Of a stretch of DNA of 64,000 nt, positions 49,069-58,875 are shown in pieces. A program made the translations under genes and the position numbers. This stretch comes from Setoptus koraiensis (taxonomy: Eukaryota > Animalia > Arthropoda): positions 19,468,001-19,532,000 of the forward strand of contig CM106585.1 in the NCBI GenBank assembly GCA_048013815.1. The letters are read 5' to 3'. Positions within the stretch are counted from its first letter, which is position 1. Each line of letters begins with the position of its first letter. The notes under the pieces were generated by a model that worked only from the letters and a program-made list of their open reading frames with translations, had not been told where the DNA came from and did not search any database.

Positions 49069-52000
49069 ATGGAGGAATCCATTGAGCGTGATCATGATGA
49101 TCTCACCAAACGGTCATGCTCGCCGATGATGCCGCTGCCACACAACAATTATGAACAAATTTATGCCACCACACCTCATCACAACAAACTGCCAAGGAAA
49201 AGAAGAAGAATACGCACACCTCCAGTGGAAACTATCCTATTAACATCCCGAACTCATACAATGGTACAATTACTACAACTATTTGTGATTTCACTCATTA
49301 CTTACACATTTTTCATATCTTGTGTAATATGCGACGAGGTGGACTTCTTTATGGCCCACCATGGAAATATAACATCACCGCCCACCATGAGAAAGCAACC
49401 CGGCCATGAACAGTTATTTCAACCTTCTACTGGGGACGAAAATGACCACCCATTCACATTGGATTGTGAGGCAGATGGGGTACCGGAACCATCTTATTAT
49501 TGGACTAAAAATGGTGCTAGATTTAATTATGTCGCCTATGATAAAAGAATAAGTCAAAAACCTAAACTTGGCACATTAGTATTCAACAAACCAGATGCTG
49601 TTGACGAGGGCCTTTATCAGTGCTTTGCAGAAAATCCTCATGGAACATCTATGTCCAATTCTGTATATCTTAGGAAATCTGAGCTGTCTTCTTTCCCAGA
49701 GGAGTCCATTAGAGATTATACAATAATAGAAGGAGCACCGTATACTATCGATTGTAATCCGCCCTCAGGATATCCTAAACCGTCTATATACTGGATGATA
49801 TTATCAAACACAGGTGCCTTACATAGTATAAATAGCTCTAGATTGACATTAGATCCAGAAGGTAGACTGCATTTCTCAAATGTCACAAAGCAGGATCAAC
49901 TTAACAACGCTCTATATGCATGCAGCGCTACATCTCATTACAGAACTGAGTATAAAGTTGGACGTAAAACTAGATTGATCGTACAGTCCAATTCAGCCAG
50001 TTTGGTCAAACATCCACCTGAGGCGCAATATCTATCGCCTCCTACAGTTCCTGCCTTGAGAGGACAAAAACTAATGTTGTATTGTATTTACGGAGGTACT
50101 CCATTGCCCGAGATTGTTTGGCGCAAAAAAGGCGGTAGCTTGGAAGGTAACAAATTTTCCTATCTCAACTACGGCAAGACATTAGTTATATTCGATGTGG
50201 ATCATACTGATGACGGTATATATGAATGTACAGCTAGCAACGGACATGGTGCCCAACTTTCTCATGCAATAACTGTTACAGTCTCTTCAGCTCCTCATTG
50301 GATAATTTCCCCGAGTAATGCGATAGCTGCACAGGATGAAAATATCGCCTTTCAGTGTACCGCTGGGGGTAAACCTAAGCCCAATTTACAATGGCTTCTT
50401 AACGGCCAGCCCTTAGATACAGATCCAGACCAAATATGAAGTTGGATGGAGCGACTTGATTCGCTAAAAAAATCAGATATGGGATAGATATATCAATGGA
50501 ATTCATCTGATACACACAGATATGCGTTTTAGGATTTCTATCTCAATGTCCTCGACTTAAGACCGCAAATAAATGCCGCACCTGAGCGTGTTTCAAGAGC
50601 TGCAGTTTCGTCTACGGTCACGCTGAAGCGTAGATTATTTGGAGCTCCGAAACCAGAGGTGAAGATTGAACTTAGTGGGGGCCGCTACAAGGTGCTAGAA
50701 AATGGTGATCTCCAGATAGAACAAGTAATGCCTACAGACCAAGGACGATACAGATGTCGAGGCGCCAACAAGCACGGTGAAGTTACCGTTGAGGGCGAGC
50801 TGCATGTTAAAGGTAGAACTAAGATCATCCAGCCATCAGAGAATATCGAGCTCTCTGCCTCTAAAACAGCTGTCGTTCGGTGTAATGCAGAGGCCGATCC
50901 AACATTGGAGTTAGTTGTTCTTTGGTTGTATAACGGAAGAGTAATCGATTTTGATTCCGACCCAAGAATGATCCAGTCTAGAGATAACTCTCTTTCTATT
51001 TCCAAAACAAGGGAATTAGATTCAGGAAACTACACATGTCTTGCTAAGACTGCTCTGGATCATGTTTCCAGCAGCGCTACTTTAACTGTTCAAGACGTAC
51101 CCAACCCTCCCAAGATAACCAAGCTAGAGTGTGACGATTATACAGCCACAATCTCTTGGACGCCGACTGGGGATCGAAGGGCTCCAATACTCGGTTATGA
51201 TATCTACTTTAATACAACTACAAGCCCAGGAGAATGGAAGATAGCTTTCCACGACATACCTGCTCCGGATAACAAATTCACCATGCAGCTACTTCCTTAT
51301 TCAAATACTACTTTCAGAGTTGTTGCTAAGAATAAAATTGGCCCAAGTTTACCAAGTAGGCCCTCCGACGTGTGCACCACAGGAAAGGCAGCTCCCTCCA
51401 AGAACCCTTCAGATGTGAGAGGACGAGGCTCGTCTCCCAACAACCTAGAAATAACATGGGCGCCAATGCTTCCATCAGAGCACAATGGTCCAGGGTTCTT
51501 CTACAAGGTTTTTTGGCGTCGTGACGATGTACCGGACGGTCAATATAGGCAAGAGAAAATAAATGATTACACTCAAAGCAAATATGTCATTAGAGATCAA
51601 CCAACATATGTACCATATCGCATAAAAGTTGAAGCACATAACTCTATGGGCCAGGCAACAGTTTCGGCCAAAGAAGTTATAGGCTACTCTGGTCAAAACT
51701 ACCCAACTCAAGAGCCTAAAAATTTCCGAATTACTAATCTCCTCTCACCAAAATCAGCACAATTTGCTTGGGATCCAGTTTCCCCTGAAACAATAAGAGG
51801 GAAATTTAAAGGATACAAGATTCAAGCCTGGGTTCCTTCAGACAATGACCCTGCAACTCATATGCAACAAGTAACAGTCGGTAATACAACCATAGCCGAA
51901 GTTGAGATACTAAGACCGTATGCAAATAACTCCGTCCATATAATGGCATTGAATGAGGAATATTTCGGGCCTGCATCCAATGTCGTTACTGTTACCACGC

Positions 52001-53138
52001 CTGAAGGCACTCCCGAACCAGTCTCATCATTGATAGCCTCACCAATGGGATCTAGCGCGTTTTATCTTGTATGGAAAAAACCTGAGAGGCCCAACGGTAT
52101 CTTGAAAGGTTATGAAATTGACTATGAGGAACTTGATGGCACACAACTCAAAGAGAAAGTCAGAAGGAACCCTTCCATCGATGATCCTCACGAATCGAAG
52201 GCCAAATTGGCTGGGCTCAAACCTAACACCAGATATAGGATAACAATCACAGGCAAAACCAATGCCGGCGAGGGAAGTCCCTACTATATTGAGGCAAGTA
52301 CTAAAGGATCTCAGGATATTGTTCCAGATGAGCCGTCTTTTCTTTGGCATAAGTTATCAGAGGAAAAAAATAGCTTCAAAATAACATGGCTACCAAATTA
52401 CAAGCATCAAAAACCGGGCAGTGCTTTCTATGTCCAATTTAGGAAATTCGGTGAGACCCAGTGGCAAAAGTCCCCCATAGAACCTAACCTAGAGGCCGTT
52501 CTAATAAAAGGACTCGAAGGCAGCTCACTTTATGAGATGCGAGTCGTCTCAGTTGATGGTCCATACCAAACACCGAGTAAAATTGAGGAAATAGCCACAG
52601 ATGGTTTCAGACATAGCCCGTCCTCTGATCCACTTGCAGATCCAGGCTGGTTTATCGGCCTGCTATGTGCTATTGCGTTGCTTGTTGCTATATTTGTACT
52701 AGTCTGTTTGGTGAAGCAAAACAGAGGTGGAAGATATCTTGTACATGAGAAAGAGATAGCTCTCGGACAAGACACAGATGACTACGAAGATGCGGGTTTC
52801 AACGAATATAAGGGACCGTAAGTATATTGTTCAATTTGAGTACCCACAACTGAAGGTTAAACCTGAGTTACTTTGTGAGCTGGTAAACTTTTTCATCAAT
52901 ATTAATTGTCTCTTCACTTTTTTTTCTCGTGGCAAATAGTTCCAGCGTGACTAAACCCTTGCGAGAAGATGATCATTCAATTGGAAGTCTTCAAGATTCT
53001 GACACTGACTCCATGACCGATTACGAGGGCGAGAAATCGAAATTTGAAGAAGACGGTTCCTTCATAGGACAGTATGGCGCAAGAAGAAAGAATGACATGC
53101 CAACTATACTATCTACAGGTGTTGCAACCTTTGTTTAA
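49069..53138 (+). CDS. Nrg: Neuroglian (L1CAM family): signal peptide, Ig domains, 5 FnIII, TM, FIGQY tail. Open segments 49069/49261-50439, 50659-52817 and last exon 52940-53138; interrupted by a decayed block at ~50420-50664
   Basis: Domain order and motifs match Drosophila Nrg (DEGLYQCFAEN, QDVPNPP, GYSGQNYP, NRGGRY, EDGSFIGQY, terminal ATFV like Nrg180 ATYV); 122-nt intron 52818-52939 with GTAAGT donor. Confidence 0.93.
50420..50664 (+). pseudogene. Decayed Ig4 C-half / Ig5 N-half inside neuroglian (possible intronised segment)
   Basis: In-frame TGA, TAG, TAG; compensating frameshifts; YQC>YQW, KC>KR, Ig5 Trp missing; flanking ORFs are in the same frame. Confidence 0.8.
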
Positions 53139-53562
53139 TAATATATATTAAAAATGTTTTTGAAAACTCAATGTTAGAGAATAAATTTATTGTATTTCTA
53201 AGCAAATTTACAATCATTCTCACGTTCCACCTCAAGGTGGCAGATTGAAACGGGGAATCTATGAATGCCAGTGAACCCTTTGATGCCTAGAAGCGAGGCA
53301 GCGTACAAAATTAAAAAGCCAGCCCTCCCACAACTGGTAAACCAATGATTGAATTGTTCGGGCGAGAGAAAGCAGAGAACGCGAGAAATAAGAATATGAA
53401 GCTTGAGACGGAGCATTTGGATCGGAATCGCTGTGTTTTATTTAATCAATAGGTAGGTCAACTTTGGAGAAAGTGCCAGGCGTCGATGGTGTGATGTTGA
53501 TGGTGATCATCATGGTGACGACTGCCCAGAAGTAGTTGAAGTTGATGATTTTGTGGACTTTC

Positions 53563-53748
53563 TCAACCAGTAGAGGGCATTCTTAGCAGTTTAGCACCTT
53601 CGATGACAGTTTCCGTTTCTTCTTTTTTCGGCCCATCTTTTTTCGGTGCCCCGGCAGCAGGAGATGCACACGTCACTTGATGTTCCGATACGTTGATGGC
53701 CAAGACCAACACGGCTATTAAGACAAACATCGGTAGTAATTTAGACAT
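53563..53748 (-). CDS. Small secreted peptide family, copy A (61 aa, divergent)
   Basis: MSKLLPMFVLIAVLVLAINVSEHQVTC signal region homologous to copies B and C; shared TATTTAAGGTC promoter motif at 53889-53895. Confidence 0.7.
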   Translation of the reverse strand: MSKLLPMFVLIAVLVLAINVSEHQVTCASPAAGAPKKDGPKKEETETVIEGAKLLRMPSTG

Positions 53749-54026
53749 GATGAAAATGTTGGCTCTACTGACTTTAATTGTGGTTTTACTTTGCTTGATG
53801 CTGATCCCGGAGAGAATGTGTGAGTACGTCAGGTTGGTAATTTTGAATTTTGGAGAAGTGAATGTGATTTTGTGCTTGTGAGTTGACCTTAAATAGTGCT
53901 CAAATTCATTTTGATCTAATGTCTGAAAGCTACAGCGCAGAACACTGAAAGACCATAGCTGCGCACTAGGGGTACGCATAATTCTTCCCCTATGTCCGAA
54001 TACTTAATCACACGGGTGTGGCAAGC

Positions 54027-54097
54027 GTCCCGAAGACAACACGAACGAGCACGAGAGCTGTCTTCAGAGGGGGAAAATTGAATGGAATATTTTGGCG
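54027..54097 (-). promoter_or_regulatory. Conserved upstream element of peptide gene A (homolog at 56649-56718 upstream of B)
   Basis: CGCCAAAA..CATTCAATTT..CTGAAGACAGC.CTCGTGCTCGTTCGT..CTTCGGGAC shared although flanks diverge. Confidence 0.5.
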
Positions 54098-54995
54098 CGG
54101 GCAATTTCCTTGGTTGGAGAACACAGATTTACAACTCGATTAAGGCGAAAACTCTGTAGACTCTTTTGCTGCGAATGGGGGAAAGAACGGAATTCAATAT
54201 GAACGCTAAAGGCAGAGTGAAACGAGGACATTAGCACCAAGTATCAGTAAAACAAGTTTGAGTACCACGGTTGCCTGACACAGGCAGAAATCTAAATGAG
54301 CAATGAAACTTAATTTTATTTACCATCGCATTGTCAATCGTCAACAACGATCAATGCGAACTTGATGTTATGCGAAACGGCTCTCGAATAGTGCCGAATT
54401 TCGATGTCTGCTTCATCATCGTGAGTGAATGGGATGCGCTCCTCGAGTTCTTCTATTCTGATAACAGAACCAGCACCTTGCTGCTCAATGAATATCTCAG
54501 TTGAGTTTGGTTTCCCACGCACGATCTCAATGAATGTGTCATTAGATTGGAGAGAGATTACGAGCGTAGATCTCTTTGGTTATTGCAACATAATGTAAGC
54601 TATGGTGATGTAAACAAACCGACAATCAAGTATGCATCTGGTTGGAATGACAGAGCATCAACGGACTAGGAAACTTGTTTCACTGATAGTTAGTGCTAAT
54701 ATCAATCTCTGTTGAGATCTCTTTGTGAAAGTATTCACACAAACAAACAACAGCCAAAGATTAATTTTAACCTTTCGACCTTGACAAAGACCTGTCTCAC
54801 TTGTACCAAAATACCAATAAGACGCAAAATCATTATTTGATGATCAGCTTGTTCTTGTGATGTCTCAACAACCGCCTAGAATGTTTAGCGAGCCCGGCGC
54901 AGATCGGATACTTTTCCAGCTACTTACAAAGTATATACAGTATGTGTGTATTTACAATGTGTATAACCAGAAACTAAGACAGTCAGTCAGCCAGT

Positions 54996-55275
54996 GATTG
55001 ATGTCGGAAACTAGTAATTCCACAATTGTTGCATGCTATCCTAGGATCTATGCTAGCTGGCGAAGTTAGAAATTAGTTTGATTGTGTAAATTATCATGCA
55101 TTCATGTAGAAGGCATCGGAAAAGATGAAAAAACTGGTGTGGCACTCGCAATTCGCTCATGCTCTCAGTTGGTGCAAGAAAGCTTTCGACAAAATCACCA
55201 ATGTAACTAAGAGACGCGTATAATCAGTCTTCGGACATCATAGAGTGTGACTTTTATGCAGCCACGATCTCCTAG
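54996..55275 (+). mobile_element. Possible degenerate non-LTR retrotransposon APE-endonuclease fragment; partial second copy at 55647-55764
   Basis: Reads LMSETS...HVEGIGKDEKTGVALAIR...ETRIISLRT with stops, resembling the SET / GV / RII motifs; 55101-55241 aligns with 55647-55764. Confidence 0.3.
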
Positions 55276-55285
55276 TTCGAAGTGT

Positions 55286-55572
55286 TCCGATACTCGGTTA
55301 TGATATCTACTTTAATACAACTACAAGCCCAGGAGAATGGAAGTAGCTTTCCACGACATACCTGCCCCCGATAACAAATTCACCATGCAGCTACCTCGTT
55401 GTTCAAATACTACCTTTGCAGTTGTTGATAAGAGCGAAAATTGATCCAAGTTTACCAAGTAGGCCCTCCGACGTGTGCACTCCAGGAGGGGCAGCTCCCT
55501 CCAAGAACTCTTCAGATGTGAGAGGACGAGGCTCGTCTCCCAACAACCTAGAAATAACATGAGCTCCAATGA
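55286..55572 (+). pseudogene. Neuroglian fragment F1 (copy of 51183-51470, FnIII-1/2)
   Basis: About 90% identity by eye, with frameshift and stop. Confidence 0.9.
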
Positions 55573-55579
55573 TGCCCCA

Positions 55580-55636
55580 CCGAAGGACAGCTGTTTTAGA
55601 GGCAGATAGCTCGATATTCTCTGGTGGCTGGATGAT
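55580..55636 (-). pseudogene. Neuroglian fragment F2 (inverted copy of 50824-50880, start of Ig6)
   Basis: Minus strand encodes IIQPPENIELSASKTAV; abuts F1. Confidence 0.88.
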
Positions 55637-55789
55637 AAATAATATATTCATGTTGGAGGCATCGGCGAAGACGAAAAAACTTATGTGACAATGGGCGCAA
55701 TGAAGCTTCCAATAAGATTGCGAATTTAACTAAGAGACGCGGATAATCAGTCTCTGGGCATCATTTCCAAACCTGCTTTTGCAGCAAGA

Positions 55790-56575
55790 GAGTCCGGTTA
55801 TAGTGCAGAATAGCGCCACAGTTTTTTTGGGTATTTTTGGATATTTTCGGGTAGTGTATTGTACCCTGATAGCGATGTGGGTATTCCGGAAGTGCGGAAA
55901 TTCCCAGTTCCTGAGATAACCGAGGTACCGCATGGGAGGCGTTTCTTGATACCCGACGTCCGCTGGCGGTCTCTGGGGCATTTTTTTGAGGTATTTTGGG
56001 TATTTTTGGGTAGAGCGGCCTCTGGTGATCAGACATGTGAACTTCGGAAGTTGATAAAAGCGAACATATCCATAGGGGCGACACCAACATTTTGAGAGAT
56101 TTTACGGCTTCGCCGTATTCAGAAACATGGCTGAGACTGATCTGAAGACTCGGCCTGCGGCCTCGTAATTTGGAGGCCGTCACATCTCCGTCGTCGCTCC
56201 CGCGACGACTGCGTGCGACGGGAACCCTTCGGGTAGGGTTGATGAGCGCTTCGGGTATCGGGCTACGCCCTCTACCCTCCGCTCAAGTGACTGCAATTCA
56301 TTTACTACGGCGGGTTCATGTCCTACACGGAGATTTGTTCGAATATCTTGAGAACCGGAAGTTGAATAATTCTGTAAATGATGCCAGTGTGCTCTCCATA
56401 CTCTGACCTAGCTGCATATCGAGTTTTAAGCCTGTATCTTGAATTTCATGTAAAACCGGAACCGGAAGTTTCCGCACTTCCGGACTAGTCAAACTGTTGT
56501 CAGGGGGCCCTACGGGTCCCATGTGTGAAGTTTTATCGAAATCGGAGTGTGGCGCTATTCTGCACTACACCCGAG
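55790..56575. mobile_element. Non-autonomous DNA transposon (MITE-like), ~780 bp
   Basis: Perfect 20-bp inverted repeat TAGTGCAGAATAGCGCCACA (55801-55820 / 56548-56567), imperfectly extendable outward; internal duplicated TTTTTGGGTATTTTTGG tracts; no coding capacity; TSD not identified. Confidence 0.6.
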
Positions 56576-56864
56576 AGTCCATGGAGTACTTAATCGAGTC
56601 ATAAATCTGTGTTCTTCGGCTAAGGAGATGCGTGTTTTGCCCCCTTCACGCCAAAAATCTCATTCAATTTCCCTTTTCTGAAGACAGCACTCGTGCTCGT
56701 TCGTATTTCCTTCGGGACAGTCGCTATGACTGCTCCGGTGAGACTTTGGGGATGAGTGGTTTTGAGGCGCGATAGATCACTACAGGACAGTCTATATACA
56801 AAAATTTGACGCGAGCTCGCACAGTCTATCTTCATTTGACACAGATCGAAACGAATTGGAAAAC

Positions 56865-56875
56865 TATTTAAGGTC
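56865..56875 (+). promoter_or_regulatory. TATA-like core TATTTAAGGTC of peptide gene B (equivalents: A 53889, C 58507, degenerate D 57907)
   Basis: Same motif 110-140 bp upstream of the ATG in the three open paralogs, degenerate in D. Confidence 0.55.
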
Positions 56876-56980
56876 CATTCAAGCACGAAATCTTTCACAT
56901 TTCTCCAAAATCATCACCTGACGTACTCACAAATTCTGCATCAGGCAAAGTCAACCACAGTCAAAGCAACCATATTCGTC

Positions 56981-57325
56981 ATGTCCAAATTACTATCGAT
57001 GATTGTCTTTTTAGCCGTGTTGGTCATGGCCATCAGCCTATCGGAACATCAAGTGTCCTGTCGAGCTGCTGTTGTCGCGGCGTCGAGAGAACGTCGCTCT
57101 GCAACAATTGAAGCACCGAAAATGGACGTGCCATCCCTGCAACTTCTTCTGCGACAAAAGCGTGGATGTATCCCCTTCGAAGAGGGCGCTTGTGATTACA
57201 AGAACGTGGAGCCTGCCCTCCCACAACCTTCTGCTAAACCATCGGTCCCCGCCAAAGTATCGGGAGATAAAGTAGTGTCAAATCAGGCAGCAACAAGTAA
57301 CAAGAAGACTGTTAGCTCGAAATAG
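56981..57325 (+). CDS. Small secreted prepropeptide, copy B (114 aa): signal, RR, pro region, KR, GCIPFEEGAC plus P/S/K-rich tail
   Basis: ATG ORF with signal peptide, dibasic sites, Cys pair, AATAAA 3' of the stop; paralogy with A and C. Confidence 0.8.
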   Translation: MSKLLSMIVFLAVLVMAISLSEHQVSCRAAVVAASRERRSATIEAPKMDVPSLQLLLRQKRGCIPFEEGACDYKNVEPALPQPSAKPSVPAKVSGDKVVSNQAATSNKKTVSSK

Positions 57326-57569
57326 AAGCGACGGTCCAATAAAGACTGTCTGTGTTGTATGATGCGGATGTTCTGCTTGTTAGCAGGGCACCAATGAGAA
57401 AGTCAAAAAAATCAATTTAAACTACTCTTTGGCAGTCGTCACCATAACGATCACCTAATGACTCATGTTTTTTAAAGTTATCACTGTAATGACATATCTA
57501 GTAGTTCAATAAAAGAGAAATTTCATTCAACCTATTCTATTCATCATGTGTCACATTTTTGTTCCGTCT

Positions 57570-57800
57570 AAAGTGACCTTAATAAATTGCATTTTGGCTC
57601 TAGCCCATTCAACTCGTTAATGACGAAATATTTAGACAATTTAAACACACGCTCTAATGGTTGAACAATAGTTAGGATATTGTTGGCCCCAGTCGAGGGC
57701 AATGAGGTTAAATCGTTTGGGCGAGAGAATTCGTCGCAAGAGAAATAAGAATAGAAAACGTGAAATGGAGTGATTGGACCGCAATTATTGCATTCCATCG
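57570..57800 (-). mobile_element. Possible Ty3/gypsy integrase remnant
   Basis: DLTSLPSTGANNILTIV...LSKYF loosely resembles the integrase core D.IT.LP.T....IL.IVD.LSKY. Confidence 0.25.
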
Positions 57801-57899
57801 CATAGATAGGAAGGTCGAGTTTTGCAACAATCCCATCGTGTGTGAGTAAATATTGTTCCTATCAGATCCTGTTTAGCCGGACATTTGATTAATATAGAA

Positions 57900-58020
57900 T
57901 TGAAAGCTATACAAGGTCAAATCAAGCGATAAATGATCACCATTCATCGAGTATCATCAAGCGAAGTAAAAGTCACAGTCACACACCAACCACATTTCCA
58001 TCATGTCTAAATTACTATAA
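57900..58020 (+). pseudogene. Peptide family copy D: promoter/5' UTR plus ATG TCT AAA TTA CTA TAA (stop at codon 6)
   Basis: ATG at 58003 in the same context as A, B, C (CATTTCCATC ATGTCTAAATTACTA); homology lost after the stop. Confidence 0.7.
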
Positions 58021-58171
58021 CAAGCAGCTAGAAGGAATCTGATGTACTCATGAAATGAGCTAAAACGTCCAGACTCACAAGTACAATCAGCCAAGACCAA
58101 CATGCAACATGAATATGATACCTCGAGATTATAATCGAATAAACAAACACAGATCATTGTTTGGCTCTTGA

Positions 58172-58207
58172 TAGGCTCTTGAGTTGGGTAGTTTTGACCA
58201 GAGTAGC
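58172..58207 (-). pseudogene. Neuroglian fragment F3: exact 36-bp inverted copy of 51683-51718
   Basis: GCTACTCTGGTCAAAACTACCCAACTCAAGAGCCTA identical. Confidence 0.9.
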
Positions 58208-58238
58208 TGCTATTTGTGTTCATTGATCCGATCATCAG

Positions 58239-58356
58239 CTCGATGTATCATCTCCATGGTTCGTGTTAGTTTTGGCCAATTACAAGTGCAGACTGAATGT
58301 GATAACTGTTTGCAATTGGCCAAAACCCATACGCACCATGAAGATGATACATCGAG
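58239..58356. repeat. Imperfect hairpin: 47-bp arms, 24-nt loop
   Basis: 58239-58285 is the reverse complement of 58310-58356 with 6 mismatches. Confidence 0.8.
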
Positions 58357-58644
58357 AGGACAATCGAATAAACAAACACAAATCATTGTTTCGATTCGAA
58401 ACTCTTATAGTTACAGCGCTTGCTACAAAACGGACAAACAGTTATTTGTTGATCTTATCGGGTGATGTTGAGATGTCCAAAATATGATCAACATAAAATT
58501 GAAGACTATTTAAAGTCAACACAAGCACGAAAAGTTAATGATTTCTTACAAACCGTCACTTGACATCCTGACACACACTCTCCGATCAGAATCCACCAAA
58601 GTTAAATCACAGTTCAAGTCAGCACAGCCAACAACATCTTCATA

Positions 58645-58875
58645 ATGTCTAAACTATTATCAATTATTGTCTTGTTAGCAGTAGTAGTGATGGCCATTAC
58701 TCTATCGGAGCATCAAGTGTCATGTCAGGGCAGGCCCCAGTTTAATCGAGGGCGCCGATCCGCAGCAATTGAAGCACCGAAAATGGACGTGCCATCCCTG
58801 CAACTTCCTCTGCAACAAAAGCGTGGAAGAGAGTGTGACCCCTACCCCCCCTTCTTTGAACATTGTGATGACTAG
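58645..58875 (+). CDS. Small secreted prepropeptide, copy C (76 aa): signal, QGRPQFNR-G-RR, pro region, KR, GRECDPYPPFFEHCDD
   Basis: Tandem duplicate of B (pro region and 3' flank near-identical); signal peptide, dibasic sites, Cys pair. Confidence 0.8.
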   Translation: MSKLLSIIVLLAVVVMAITLSEHQVSCQGRPQFNRGRRSAAIEAPKMDVPSLQLPLQQKRGRECDPYPPFFEHCDD

